This document shows positions 38,495-54,165 of a DNA stretch of 64,000 nt, one piece after another. Origin of the DNA: the human T2T-CHM13v2.0 reference genome, Homo sapiens. The first letter of the stretch is position 1; each line of letters opens with the position of its first letter. The stretch lies in assembly GCF_009914755.1 (NCBI RefSeq), contig NC_060925.1. One strand, written 5' to 3'. The position numbers and the translations under genes are program-made. The notes under the pieces were generated by a model, which did not search any database, was not told the origin of the DNA, and saw nothing but the letters and a program-made list of their open reading frames with translations.

Positions 38495-39025
38495 TCTAAA
38501 GGAGTCTATAGAGTAGTTATATAAATAAAGCATAACAAAGAGTAAAAAAAAAATAACTTAGGAACATTCATAATTCCACTTTGAGAGAAATCATTATTTC
38601 CATATTTTTCCTCCAATATTTTTTCTAAGCATATATTTTTTCTATTATATTCTATGAAAAGTTTGGGGTAGCTTTTTTATTTACCATTTCCCATTGTATG
38701 ATATGTGATGGAATATATTACATACATGTAATTTAATGGTTTCGTGGTATCACAGCATATGTATATACCATCATTTACTTAACTGTACTTATCATTATTT
38801 GTTTTCACTGTTTAGTTATTTCAAAATAAATCTCCCTATAGGAATATTTAGATGAATTTCAGATTTTGTCCTTGAGATAAATTCAGAAAAGTGAAATCAT
38901 TCTTTCAAAGCATATTGATATTTTTAAGGGCATGTAAAATTATTTCAATATTGCCTTTTAGAATTTTCCATTTCATAATCCCACCAGCAGTAAAGGATAG
39001 AGTGCATTTTGCAAACTTCTTGTTA
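38495..39025 (-). mobile_element. old L1ME 3' fragment
   Basis: ccttgagataaattcagaaaagtgaaatcattctttcaaag...cccaccagcagtaaaggatagagtgc. Confidence 0.7.
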
Positions 39026-41790
39026 GTTCTGACTCAGGAACTTGATACTGAGAACTAAAAACATCCAGCCGATATTACAGAGCAAATAAAAACACAAGCA
39101 AGAAGAAAATGAAAATATGAGCTCTTTTTCCTGTGTAATGAGCATGAACTTGATTTTCCTAATATAGATGTTCTCCTATGATCTGATTGCTCTTCACCAG
39201 ACCTTCTGAGTGACTGGATTTGTGAACCATCACTTCCTATAATATAATCCAATTATAAAAATAAAATCTAAGATTTACAGTTAATACCAAACTTATATGT
39301 CATTATTATATTCACTCTCTCTTATTCTGTGTATATGCACATTATTTGTTGGGGTTGCAGAGGGAGAGTAACAATTTTGACTCCTCCATTAAATATCAAA
39401 CTTCAGAAATTCCTCTGGATTGCATCACTTTGTTATAGTAAACATTTTGCTTTGCAATGCTTCCTTCATGCATATTGCTAGATATGTCACACTCAATATA
39501 GACATTATAAAGAAATGCTTATGTTTTTAAGTAATCATAATGTTTGTATGCTTTCCTGATGGAGGTATAGTTTTTCTGCCCTTGATGATGATTACAAGTT
39601 AGTCAACAATTAATAATGTATGTGCATCTGTTCTAGTGAGTACACAGAGTAAGAGTGTGTTTAGGCACATACTAAATGAATTCAGCTGTGATACATAGAC
39701 TCCTTTCTTGAATTTCAAGGAAAGCATTCAAAAAGATGGCATTTATCAGACAACTGTTAACAATTCTTGAGACACAAGATTGTTTTGTTGGGAGAAATAT
39801 ACACCCATCCACATTATTTCATCAACTTTGATTTTTTTTGCTTTTGAAAAACCCAAATTTTATGCCCAGAAGTCATCATTAGGTGGTTCTTCAGTAAGCC
39901 ATTGACAATTAATATATGAAACAAAACAAATTGGCTCCAGGACCTACATAGAAAGATCCACCCCTTCTACACTTTTCTAGAGAGTCTAATCATTAATAAG
40001 CAGCTGTTTTGAAAAATGCATTTATAGTTTAATAGCTGTAACTTATACTTGATTTGTCAAACACCTGCTTCCAAATGGGCAGCAGGATAGCAGCATACAC
40101 GGCTATGTTGCTATGTGTTTAGAGGGCAAAGTGGAGGAAAATCCCAGTGTGATGCTGCTGGGGCATGTTCACAAATGGCTCAAGTCGGCCAAAAGGAAAG
40201 GTTGCAAATTATGATCCGAAGGAGACTGATGATGTTTGTGGAATATTCTCTCAGGGTGCCAAAGAGGTGTTTGTTCCTGAGGCTTAAGAATTATTTCTGT
40301 GGAAGGCTTTTATCATTAAGGTTGATGATCTGCCTGCAACCAAAAAGTAGAGAAAGAGAGAGAGATTCTCATAACAGCACAGTGATTTGTATTCTTTGCA
40401 TGACAAAAACTTTCATCATTGATATCACTGACAGTTATGATTTGTTAAAGTTTTCTTCAGGGTATTTGTTACAAACTTGGAATTTATTGTTTTGTGATTT
40501 GCATCTTTATTTCTAAGGTGTACAGAATCTGTAGCATTAAGGCGCTCTACAATACTCTACAAGTATTATACCTACGTTACATACAGTAGGAGACATTTTT
40601 AAGCACAAATCCTTGGTGTACAATAAATTAGTTCTTTTGTAAAAGGCTGGCTTTTCTTTTTATGAGGTATTAAATAAGGATGGCCTCGCCAATGCAAAAA
40701 CATTGACTAAATTGGCACATAGCAAACACAGTCCTGTAATTGAGTGTTTCATTTAGCAAAGTGTATCACACATGCACAGGGGCTGTATGTGGGATTTTTA
40801 AAAAGGTGTTTGGGGAAAACATGTAAAATTTCTAACTAAATTTATGAGTCTAAAAGCTCTTGTAAAATATCACTTATTAAAGGAAAAAAGATGATAAACT
40901 TTTTAAAATTATATTGAAATCGATCAGAATTTTGTTTATTTTTATTTTCTTACTGACTTGGGAGAATTCTCATTAAGTAATTTATAGCATAAAATTGAAC
41001 TTTAAAGAGAATGTTTTCTACTCTGAATCCATTTTCAATTATTTCCCCAAGCCCCACCTAATAAGACAATGAAAAATGCTATGGAATTATATCCCATACA
41101 GTTTGGGAGTTCCATTTGGTTCTTTAACTACCAAGTATGTATGTCTTCCACAAGGAGTATGCAATATAGTGACCTGCTCAGGTAGAGTGTTTAACTTAAA
41201 ACACTCAGGAATTTTTTTTAAGCGTTTAACTTAAGACACTCAATCAAAGACTGGTGAAGTTCCAAAATTCTTAATTTAGGTGACAGTTTCAGCAAATATT
41301 AAATAATAATTTTATTTAAAAGATAGACTACTTGGAGACTATCAGCAGAAGTGTCATGTCCATCATTTTTGAAGCTTTCACTTCATACTATACAATGGGA
41401 AATCACCTATGTCTAACCTTTGTTGGAATGCTTTATGATTAAGGAAGCTTTTTGTGGACTAGCAAAATATAGTAAAATAAAAGTAACTTGACGATTTTAT
41501 TCAACGTTCTTTGTGGATTCCCTAAATAATAAATGTTGAATTTATATGAATTTCTATATAAGTAAGAAAAATCCACTGGGGATTTCCAACTTAAGCCAAA
41601 GAGATAAGACATGTGTCACAGTGGGAAAGGCTTGATTCTGAAGTAGAAAACCCCAGTTCCTTATTTCAGCTTTGTATGTCTTGGAGTATAATTTAATGTC
41701 TGTCTACATGTCTCATTTTACTTACAGCAAAAGAAGAGATTCAACTACATGAACATTTAGAGCTAAAAGCCTGTACGGGTTACTTTTAAC

Positions 41791-41837
<47 letters not shown>

Positions 41838-41900
41838 TACTATATATATTTATACACCTATATGTATGTGTATATATATATGTATGTGTGTGTATATATG
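41791..41900. repeat. compound (CT)n(AT)n(TG)n microsatellite
   Basis: Seen directly. Confidence 0.9.
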
Positions 41901-42017
41901 TCACACACACAAAAATTACCAAATATCTTCCACCCTCCAATAACATGAGTGATTTCAGCTATTTTTCCCATTATAATTGAGGACCACCTTTCCTCTCATC
42001 CTCCAGATACAACTTTA
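41901..42017 (+). repeat. dispersed ~115-bp copy of 43430-43540 (internal LTR segment)
   Basis: Hand alignment gives ~11 mismatches plus one 6-bp indel, about 90% identity. Confidence 0.9.
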
Positions 42018-42140
42018 AAAAAAAAAATATATATATATATAATTTCATATATGAGAGCCACTTATGATGATGACTCATCTAATTCAATAAGATTTAAAAG
42101 CACAGTGCCTAAATATTTTATGTCACTGAAATAGCTACTA

Positions 42141-42216
42141 TTAGGCTGGTGCAAAATTTATTGCGGTTTTTGCTGTTGTTTTTAAAGTCTAAAAATGCAA
42201 TTTTGCACCGGTCTAT
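42141..42216. mobile_element. MADE1 (Hsmar1-derived) MITE
   Basis: ttaggctggtgcaaaatttattgcggtttttgc...aaaatgcaattttgcaccggtcta; ~80-bp palindromic element preceded by TA. Confidence 0.85.
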
Positions 42217-42611
42217 GTACACCATCAAAGGTAACATTTAAATTAATTGGCATAAGTTCTTCTTTTAATAGGTGAGATGTTTGTAAATAGTAAACTTGTA
42301 AATGGAAATCTTCTAAAGATAACCCAAAAAATGCGTGGTATCCATTTATGTGAGTTACAATAATATTTAAAGGCCACCTGAGGAAATTGGATGTTTCTTC
42401 ATAATTAAATTACAAGAAGACTTTTGCACTTCAATTTTTATTTCTGTTTATTTGTATTACAAATGCTGTTTTTAATCATGAGTGTGAGTTCTTTAAAAAT
42501 GACACATACATTACAGATATGTCTGGCAAACTTCACTTGTTCCAAAATATTATTTACTTAGGCTATACGTTGTTTTATTTATAACTTCTCAGCTAAGAAA
42601 GGTTGATTATT

Positions 42612-42981
<370 letters not shown>

Positions 42982-43182
42982 TAACAATATCAGTTTGTAG
43001 CAAAACTGATATTACAAATTATTTAGAATTAATTTTATATAAAATTATGCTGACTTTTTTCTCAAGAATTATATATCTTAAGAATGAACTATCTAAATTT
43101 GGTAGCTTACCATTTAGTTAAAAAAAAAAGAATGAAAATTCTCAAAACCAAGTTTGAATAAATGTGCAAATGTATACAATGC

Positions 43183-43772
43183 CTGAAAAAGGAAAAGGCA
43201 GCCCATGACTGTCGGAAGCTTGCCTGGCCCTAGAAGTTAGGCCTTAGTGTTGCTAGAAGCTGACTCTGTACTTAGAGCAAGGTCTTGGTGATCACCTTTT
43301 GAACATAGACAACTTCATAGGTCACCAACATCAGAAAAGGTCATTCTGTGGCTGTGATGAAGTGAGTCAAAACCTAGGCCACTCTGTATTTATGGACGAG
43401 CACAAAAAAGAACAAGATCATTGTGCAAATCACACACACAAAAATTACCAAATATCTCCCACCCTACACTAACATGAGTGATGGCAGCTCTTTTTCCAAT
43501 TGAGGTCCACTTTTCCTCCCATCCTCCAGATAAAACTTAAGATACTCAGTCATAGACTGTCCCCACTTCCAAACAGCACCCAATCTAAAGTACTTCTTCC
43601 TTGAATACTCCCCTGAAATTACCTAACACATTTCAAATCCTGTAACTCCTTTATAACACCCTCTGACTGAGACAGTTCACAGTTCCCCGGAGAAGTATGT
43701 GTTCCTCATTACAATACTCAAAAAACCCAACTCTATTTGACTACAGTTATGTTCCTGGTGGTCTTTGACAAG
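43183..43772 (+). mobile_element. ERV1 solo LTR (MER90-like)
   Basis: gaaaaggcagcccatgac...caccaacatcagaaaaggtcattctgtg...acccaactctatttgactacagttatgttcctggtggtcttt. Subfamily name is tentative. Confidence 0.6.
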
Positions 43773-43999
43773 ATATGCATGCATTCTGTAAGGTCTATAT
43801 TGTGAGTGAAAAATAAAAGCCGTCAAAATGTATATTAATACGTTTAGAAACAAATACATAACTGAGTAAAATTCTACATCTCACAAAATTTCCTAAAAAT
43901 ATTCCATATAATTTTATTTTTGTAAACATAAAATTAGGACCCCAATAAAGATACATTCATTGTTTAACTTTATCTCTTCATTCAGAGGCAAATTTCGTC

Positions 44000-44110
44000 A
44001 ACATTTATTCCTCATCTTTTATCTGCCAAGCAGTGTGCTAGGGACTTTTATGTAAATGTTCTATTTAACCCTCAAAGCAGCCTATAAGTTACATGTTTTT
44101 TATATTGTTT
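44000..44110 (-). mobile_element. MIR fragment (probable continuation at ~44975-45090)
   Basis: tgccaagcagtgtgctaggg...tatttaaccctcaaagcagcctataag. Confidence 0.65.
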
Positions 44111-44264
44111 AATCTCTATAACAGAGTACTAAAGTTGGCGTTTTAGTCTCATTTTGTCTCTAGGGCAATATTAAGTGGCTTGCCTGGCAGTGAGAGTCTG
44201 AGGCAACAACCAGAACCTTAATTCCCAGTCATGATAAAAATAGAAAATTAATAAAGCTACACTT

Positions 44265-44975
44265 TTATTCATTTAAGTATCTTTGTTATTCCTATTTTGT
44301 GCCAGGTACACTAAACAATACAGATGAAAATCTCTCTTGTCATGGATCTTACATTCTAGTGAGGCCTGATCAAAGATAAACAATACAAATAATTAAAATA
44401 CATAGATGACAATTTGTCCTGTAGAAAAAAAATAATAATGCATTAGGGAAGGGTGTTAGAGATGTGGAGACAAGGGTTTCAATTTTAAAGATTATGTTTA
44501 GGAAAGCTTTCCTGAATGAAACCTGAAAAAAGTGAGGGAGCAAATTATAAAGATATCTGAGAGAAGCATGCACCAGGCAGGGGGAACAGCAGGTACAAAG
44601 AACTAGAGACTAGAGCATGCCTGATGTGTTCAACGAACAACAAAGAGACTTGTGTGTGGAGGGAACAAGAGCAAGTGGGGAAGTACAAATGATGAGGTCA
44701 GAGGAATGGCGTGAGGACAAACACAAATGGAGCCCCGAAGACCAGGAAGAGGGCTGGATGGTAGGAATAGAAGAGTATCATGAACTGACTTTTATTAAAT
44801 GAGATCTCTTTGACTGCCATTTTGAGAACTGTCTGAAGGGAGCAAGGTTTGAAGCAGGGAAACCAGGTCATTTCAATAATTCACATAAGAAATGATGGCA
44901 ACATGAACCAGAGTTGTAGAGGTAGAGGTGGTAAGAAGCGGTTGGCTCCTTGGAGTAGTATTTTGAAGGTAAAGA
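44265..44975 (-). mobile_element. L2a fragment
   Basis: attcatttaagtat...tgtgccagg...catggatcttacattctagtg...gggaacagcaggtacaaag...tattttgaaggta. Confidence 0.85.
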
Positions 44976-46319
44976 AGAGAGACGTATTAGAGGTTAAGTC
45001 ATTTGCAAGGATAAAGTGGCCCAAGATTTGATCCAAGATTCCCAGATATTCTGACTGTGGAGTCTGACCCTCTATTGAACTATGTTGTTATAAACCTCAA
45101 AGAACCGTTATGAAATATTTTTAATGAAAACTTGCTTATTTTCAATTTAATTCCTCGAAACAGCCATTTTATAAAGTTCCCATGATTTTCCATATAACTA
45201 CTCATGAATTTAAAAAAGATTGAAAAGTGATCTCATTTGTTAGAAACGCTGAAATTTCACCACTAAGAAAAATAAGCTCCTATCAACTATGTGCTCTTTC
45301 TTCAATTAGCTGCCAATTTAATTATTTTCCTTAGCAAACAGACATTTTAATGGAATAATTATGCTTTAACATAAGTCAGAATATTTTTTCAGTGTGCACT
45401 CTGCATCATTCTCAAGTAACTTTTGGTAGACTTTTTTTCTTTTTATCAGTTTCCAATTTTGTAAAAAGACTTTTTAATAGGATAAATTCTCAAATTTTTA
45501 TATACATATATTAAAAAGTCAATGGGCAATTCATACTTTTTTGCCCTCTTTAAAGATAATTGTTATTACCAATCAGTTTCCTAGGAAGAAACATTCTTTC
45601 TGTCAATTCATCTTCTCCATCTGCTTGCACATACTGCAAAATTATAATCATCCATAATTTGTGATAAATTCCTGCCAAACGTTGCTAAAACAATTTGGAA
45701 AGTGCCAGACAAGGCTACTAGCCAATTTACACACATTGCAGATGCTTTTGTTCTTTATGCTTTTCTCCAGAAAAGTTGAATGTGAAAGTTATTTTTGATG
45801 GACTTTTTATTTTAATTCCAAAGTAATTGTGACAGTGAGTTCATTTTTGTCTATCTAGAACAATGACTTTTTTTTTCTACTAATGATGGGAACGCAATTG
45901 ATAGGGCAGTACATTTCAGAAAACCATAAATAAGACAAACTCAGAATTTAATGAGGAATACTTATGCTGTAAGCTCTTTAATGACCAGGCTGTGTCTCTT
46001 TATTTTATAATCTCCAAAACAAAGTATAGTTCTTGGTATACAAGAACCTTGCTTAACCAGAGATTCTAGCAAGAAAACACAGCTATGCAAATGCCTTGGA
46101 CCAAGGAAAGGATATACTCATCTGGGAAGGTCATCATTGTTCACCAAGCTTTCAGTTCCAACAAATCTATGAATGAATAATTCATGCAGAAAATGATATT
46201 TATCTATCTATATAGATTGCCTGAACTAATCATGAAGATAAATACTATGACAGCTGATACAGCCAAAACACTTTCATGTTTTACTCTTTGAATGAAATAG
46301 ATTAATGAATTGATGTCCC

Positions 46320-47750
46320 CTTGTTTGCTATTTCTCTGCTCTCCTTCAGAGTCAAACTTCTCAGGTTTGTCTTGAACTCATGATTTCTACAACCTATTTA
46401 ATGCTTTCTTAACCATTTCCAATAAAGCTATTCCTCCTCAAGGCTCTGAGGCCATCAGAGATCTGTGTCATACTAAAGTCAATCTAACTCTACCTCTCAT
46501 ACTATTGACATGGCTTACCAACCATTTCCTCTAGAAATGTTTCCTTTTCTATATTTAATCCATCACATTCTTGGTTTGCCTCTTATTTCTGTCACCTGTT
46601 CTTCACAGTTTTCTTTACTGGTTCTTTCGCTTCCTCCAGATTGCCAAATTTTGGATGCTGAGATTTTCATTTTTAATGTTCTTCTTTTGTGTAGATCCAT
46701 TTTCTCTATAAATGATTTTATATACACGTAAGATTTTATGTGTGCTTTATGCACAGACAACTACTAAATTTATCTGTCCAAACTTGCCACCTTACTTCAC
46801 TTCCCAACTCACGTATTTAATGTCCTTCTTAATATGTTTATTGTGGCATATATAGGAATCTCAAACTGAATGTAGCTCAAGCAAAACAATTTGTTTCATC
46901 CTGCCCAGATATTTTATTTTCCTGTTTCTAAGCCTTTCCCATCTTAGCAAACAGCAGCAACAGCAGCCCAGTTCCTCAGGGGAAGACAAACAAAACTAAT
47001 ATGTATACTTGACTCCTCTCTTTTGCTCACTCTCATCTCATTCATCAGGAAGGTCCCTCAAAACATATATCCTAAATCCTACCACCTTTTAGTGATTACA
47101 AATTCACTATCATCTCTAGCCAAATTTACATCAACTACTAGCTAACTTTCCACCTCCTTGCTCTCCACTCTTGCTCTCCTATCATCCATCCAGCAGCCAG
47201 AATTTTGTTTCTGAGATGTTAAATGCAATCAGATCACCACCAATAGGTTTTCACAGCAAGAAACTAAAATCCAACTTCTTGCCAAGGCCCTCAAGGCCCC
47301 ACATAGTCTTGTCTTTGCACAATGTCATCTTCTCCCACTCTTTTTGCTCTCTTGCTTACTTGCCCCAGCCACATTACCGTTTTGGTTTCTTAAACAAATC
47401 TGCACATTCCAGTTTCATAGCATTTGCACCTATGTCTTTTCTTGGACTGTTCTTCACACAGATCTTCAAAGAGCTGCAAGGTAAAGGGACCCTCCTGAAT
47501 GCCAAATTTAAAGAACTCTACTATGTCATACACACAGCCTCTTCTCAACTATTTAAAATCATGTCACCTTCTTCATATTGTTTATCAGTAGCTAACATCA
47601 CTTATTTGATTCAGCTTTCTAAATACAGGGTCTTATTGTCTGCCTACTCCACTCCTAGGGTGCAAGCACTCTTAGGGCATCAATATTATCATTTACAACT
47701 CCTATACCTAGAAATATATGACTGAAATATATTTAGCATTCTGAAAATAT
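46320..47750 (+). mobile_element. long L2 fragment
   Basis: Continuous pyrimidine-rich L2 RT/3' region (ggaatctcaaactgaatgt, cttgactcctctctttt, cagccagaattttg). ORF 47171..47725 is a by-product. Confidence 0.8.
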
Positions 47751-48761
47751 TTTTTTGCCATCTTAAAAGCAATGCTGGAATTAGAAGGAACTGAATTAAG
47801 TGTCTTGTGCATATTAAGTGATGAATAATTATTTGTTCATCTATTTTATCTCAATTATTTTCTATCTTAAGTCTACCTTGAGTTCTTTTATTAAACATAT
47901 CTATACATACTGTGAATTTTAGAATCTACATTTATTCCTACATACACTTGAAAGAAAAGAGGTAAATTTATGTTACTCATCTATTTCCTATTATTAATCA
48001 CAAACAGTTACCAACATTGTTATGAGTTGAGACACATTGTATATGTAACACAGACTGTGATTGCACTCATGTTGCAGAGGATAATCATTCTTAATTTAAA
48101 AAGATTGTAACGGGTCTTAACTCTTTTGTTATTTACATAAATAAAACAAATTTTTTTGACTGAGAGTAATTAATGCCACTTATTTAAAACTAAACATTCT
48201 TTGGCTTCAAAAGTGGACAGAGAAACCCTCTTCTAATTGTAAAATTTCTAATATCTCTTTGGATATTACAGTTGAATTTAAGACATGGCTTAAAAATGAG
48301 CTAGAATTAATCTATATAGCAGCAAAGAAAAATTAGAAATGACACGAGAAAGAATCTGGTTTGCATTTCCACAGTAATTGCTACTTAGGGTTTCTATTCA
48401 TTAAAGTAGTCAGAAAAAGGGTTTGAAAGTAATTAGTAAATATTGACTTCATAATCTTGTATTTTTACTTCCTGAAAATCACACTCATCAACTTTTTGGC
48501 CTAATTTTATAACAGATAGATAGATAGTTACATAATTCTACTTGATACCATAAATATATTCTAAATAAAAATATAATCTTAATTTATAAACTTAATCTCT
48601 ATACTCAAATACAAGCACTAGGTGTGTTTTAATTTTAAGCTTCTATGTATAAGATAATATTGCTGGAATAAGGGGTTATTCATAATTTATTTGCCACAAT
48701 AAAAGTTGTTTATGTGAGATTTTATTGGTAGATAATCCACTCAGAAAAATTGCTAAAATTA

Positions 48762-49066
<305 letters not shown>

Positions 49067-49224
49067 TCATATCAATGATATACATGATTGTGGTAGAGGC
49101 TTCTGGCAATAAAAATAGTTGATATGGCTTGCTATTCAACAATTTTATAATCCAATGGGAAAATAAGTTAGCCACAAACACCTTCATTAGTGAAAGATAT
49201 AAGCACGTATAGTTCACCACATAT

Positions 49225-49470
49225 AATGATAAAATAATGTCTCACACAAAGTGCTTATTATAGGCACTGTGCTAAGTGTTTTACACATATTAAATAACTG
49301 AATCTTCATTATTCCGTAAGATAGCTGTTGCTATTATTTTAACCCCTTTACACAGAAAAGACAACTGAGGCTGAGAAAGCTTAAGTAACTTGTCCAAGGT
49401 CACACAGATAGAAATACTTGCCTGGAACTCATCATATTTAATTCCAGATTTAGTGTCATTTCCCATGCCA
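49225..49470 (-). mobile_element. MIR
   Basis: aggcactgtgctaagtgttttaca...aactgaggctgagaaagcttaagtaacttgtccaaggtcacacag. Confidence 0.9.
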
Positions 49471-49552
49471 ATGTAATTCTTGTCAGTATCAATGTCATTG
49501 TATAAATGTATCCATGGAGAAGAAATGGAGAAAGGATTCACTGTAGAATGAA

Positions 49553-49565
49553 ACACACACACAAA

Positions 49566-49608
<43 letters not shown>
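49553..49608. repeat. (AC)n microsatellite, pure (AC)20 at 49569-49608
   Basis: Seen directly. Confidence 0.95.
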
Positions 49609-49610
<2 letters not shown>

Positions 49611-49869
49611 GGGCTTGTTACTGTAAGTGAATGAATACACAGACGTGCATATAAAACATTTATTGTCACTTTGGGCTTACCTTGTACCAGACATAGTTTG
49701 AACTATTTGCACATATTAACTCATATAGTCCTTAGAAAAACTCTATTAGTCACTACTATTACTGCTAAATATACGGGAGCACAGAGAAATTACGCAGACT
49801 TCCTAAGGTAACAGCTTTAAAAAGTAGCTAAAAATCAATGTTCAAATGATATTTAAAACCAATTGTCTG

Positions 49870-50440
49870 AATAATATCACCCAAGACCTCAAGAAAGAGT
49901 ATACACAGAGAAGTAAGAGAACTGGGAACTGAACTGTGCCCCACTTCCAAAATTGAATCTGACAGATTCAAAAAGAGGTAACAAAATAACTACGAGATAG
50001 CAACCAGTGGCACAGAAGGTGAAAACCAGGAGGGTGTTCTTACCAAGAAAGCTAAGAGAAGGGAGTGATTCCAAAAAAACAGAGGTCAATTATGTCAAAT
50101 GCTCCTGAGAAGTTATGAAAGGATTAACAATAAAAAAGATTGGAAACTAGTAGTGGTTACTATAGTGAAACGGCAAAGAAAAAGACCGATGAGAGCTAAA
50201 GACAAAAATGGAGTAGTGTCCTAAAGAAAGTTGATAAGGACAATTCTTTCTAAATTTTACAGAAGAGAAATGAAACAGCAGCATGAGGGAGATGTGGGGT
50301 CGAGGCAGGGTTTTAGAAGATGGTAAACATTAAAATATGTTTATTTAACAATGGAAATGATCAAAAGAGAATATAAAATATGCTATGTGAGAGATAAGGA
50401 GAAATATCAGGATTAGAGTCTATACTTGTGCAAAACATCC
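49870..50440 (-). mobile_element. L2 fragment
   Basis: gaaaaccaggagggtgtt...ccaagaaagctaagagaagggagtgattcc...tgtcaaatgctcctgaga. Confidence 0.75.
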
Positions 50441-50443
50441 AGC

Positions 50444-50936
50444 ACAATGGTTACTTTTATGTGTCAGCTTGACTGGACCCCAAGTGTGCCCACATATTTA
50501 TTCAGGTATTATTCTGGATGTTTCTGTGAGGGTATTTTGGGATGAGGTTCCATTTATATCACTAGACTGAGTAAAGCATATTTCCCTGTGTAATGTGAGT
50601 GGGCCTCGTGTAGTTAGTAGAAGGCCTAAATAGAACAAAAAGGCTGACCCTCTCCCAAGTAAAAGAGAGATCTTGCCTGACTGCCTTTGAGCTAAGACTT
50701 CAGCTTTGTTCTGCCTTCAGACTTCAACTGAAACATTAGCCTTCAGACTGGAAAACTATGCCATCAGTTCTAGTTCTTTAGGCCTTCAAATTTGAACTGG
50801 GACTGTACCAGTGACTCCTTTGGGTCTCCAACTTGCCAACTCACTCTGCACATCCTGGAACTTGTCAGCCGCCATAACCACATAAACCAATTTCTTATCA
50901 TATTTACTGTTTCTCTGTAGAACTTTGACTAATATA
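50444..50936 (+). mobile_element. MLT2D-like ERVL LTR
   Basis: atggttacttttatgtgtcagcttgactgg ... ctgtttctctgtagaactttgactaata. Confidence 0.85.
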
Positions 50937-53339
50937 ACCAGAATCCAGAGCACCAGCCTTCAAATTCACCTAAGCTGGGAGTTTGATTTTAAGTGCTTGA
51001 GCTCAGCTGACCATCAGACCAGATCAGACCAGACGAAAAACTGGCAGAAATGATGAGTCAGACTAATCAAGTTTATCTTGCTTAGTGTCATTTCCAAACT
51101 AACAGAAAAGAGGTCCAAACACCATCATGAAGACCAAGAGTAGAAGAGAGCGTTACACGGTCTTCTTCCTTTGTCCCTCACTGAAGTGATGGTCTGAGCA
51201 GTTGGTGGTGAGTGAGGAGCAGGAATAATGTCTGTACTCAGGGGTCTGTCAGAGGTCCTTTAGGGAAATGCATGCTATACAGCAATGCATTGTGTATGTT
51301 CCATTGAGCCTATCCAAAGGTCTCAGAGCAATAGGCAGAAAATGGCTAACCACAGGATTTCTTATTTCTTTTAATATTGTCATTTTGTTTCTTTTCACTC
51401 TGTTGTTTTTTTCTGTTTTCTTCCGAGTTGTATTTTCAAATTTATTTGTAGTGGTTATTCATGATTTGTGTGATTACAAAACAAATTATAGCCATTTATT
51501 AAATTTTAAAACAACTGAAACATCAATCTCATACCATCATTCTACTGCCTATACTCGTTGAGTATTTCAGACTTCAGAATAATGTCCAAACTCTTACTAT
51601 TGAATTCTAAGTCCATCAATAAGATAGGAATACATGTTTAAGTTAATTCAATTAGTTTCTTTTTCTTGCAAACAAATGAGCCCCAAGATGTTATTATTCC
51701 AAATCATAGGCAGCAACAGAACATTTATTTATTTTTTGTTTAGAGTTTGTTTAATTTCTTCAGTGGATGATATATCATCATAGTTGTTTTTTACCAGATT
51801 TTATTTTGTTTAGCTTTTGTTTTAATCAGTGGAAGACAAAAAGAGATTGACCAAGGGCAGCTACCCATACTGTAATGAATAGGACTCTAGGGATATAAAT
51901 GAAAAAATAAAAAAGACATTTCAGGAGTTTTTCTGTGTATGTTACAATTTAATTAAATCTTATAAGAGTCTGTGAATTTGTTTTTAATTTCTATGAATAA
52001 TGTTTAATGTATCTTATTCTGTATCTTTTATATTTCTATGTTTTCATCCTTTAGAGTTGATGCCATTTTATAGATAATTATTTGCTACCAACTACAGCAG
52101 ATTGTTTACACAAAAATATCCCATAGAAAGGGTGACATTTGGAACTGGAAAGATGTATTACACTGTAAGATTTATCTGTGTTATTTAATAATTATAGATG
52201 TTTATGTTTTAAAACAGAATAGAGGTGCCAGGGCTACATAGGAAGAGCCCATCAGCAGATGAGAGATAGATTAGATAGCTCTAGAAATTATCTGATTTAA
52301 TACATAGTGTTCACCTAAGTTTAAAAATAATATTAATTGGCCTAAATTAATAATATTAGTCAATAGGTTCAGTTATCCTTTTTAAAAGAGGAATCATCTT
52401 AATACACTTCCATAAATATGCTGCTGTGATTAGTTTTTTCCATGCACTGTAAAATATTGCCACAAGTTTTAACCTCATACTAACCATAAATAATGCTTAA
52501 ATGATGCTGTAATTTTTGCAATTTGGGGCCATTCACAGATGAGTTATTCAGTGAAAAGTGATATCTCTCCTGAAGTACTCTTGCCTCATTATCTTATTCC
52601 AAAATGAATGAAGGGGAGGAGAAGTGCTAATTCATATTGCTGCTATAGTTAAACTATTCTGTAATAAATTTAATATTGTTTGGTAAACTAAGAGTGAGAT
52701 ATTTGCAACAATCTCAAATTTGCTGTAAATGGAAGAATTTCTTATAAAAAATGGAAAAACATTTTTATTTGAAAGAGGTTCTGTGACATTGTTAAATAAT
52801 CTTCTAGAAGAGATTGCATTATTATATTAAAACAAAATTGGAGGAATATTCCACATATTTTACATATGTTTTGTGATATGAAATAAAAGATGTAAGTTGT
52901 TTCTTTAAGTAGATCAACACATACACATTCTAAAGTGAAAGCTTTATTACCAGCATTAGAAATGCAAAAGGATGCATTATTTAATTTGGAATGCTTTGAA
53001 AGATTGGTCTTACTGCAAATGTTCACAGCTCATGGTGATATGTTAATATCATCTTCCTCCTTAGGAAACAAGATCATTATCTGGCTCCTTGGGAGTCAAT
53101 TCATGAAATCTTTAGGCACCACCTGGACCATTATAAAAGCATACACACAGGCAGGACACTCTGCAGACTCACAATCAATACACACTGACGACACATTTGA
53201 CTAATATATGGGCTTCCTACTTAGATCTCCTCAGGAGATTGCATCTAGTATTAAACAAGTGTGTTCCACTACATTTTAGAAACCTATACTGAAAATACAA
53301 GTGAAAAATAGCATCCAAGAAATCATATCAGAAGAACCC

Positions 53340-54165
<826 letters not shown>

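Larger units (their letters stand above)
41610..42140 (+). mobile_element. MIR fragments interrupted by a (TA)n tract and an LTR-derived insert
   Basis: gttacttttaacctctct before the microsatellite; agcacagtgcctaa...aatagctacta (MIR tail) after it. Confidence 0.55.

Noticed and set aside
40115-40516. 133-aa plus-strand ORF in unique sequence
   Set aside because: GTG start, an RERER stretch derived from a GA repeat, and no recognisable homology.
47171-47725. 184-aa ORF, the longest non-L1 ORF
   Set aside because: It has a non-ATG (TTG) start, lies inside an L2 remnant, and its Ser/Leu/Phe bias reflects pyrimidine-rich DNA.
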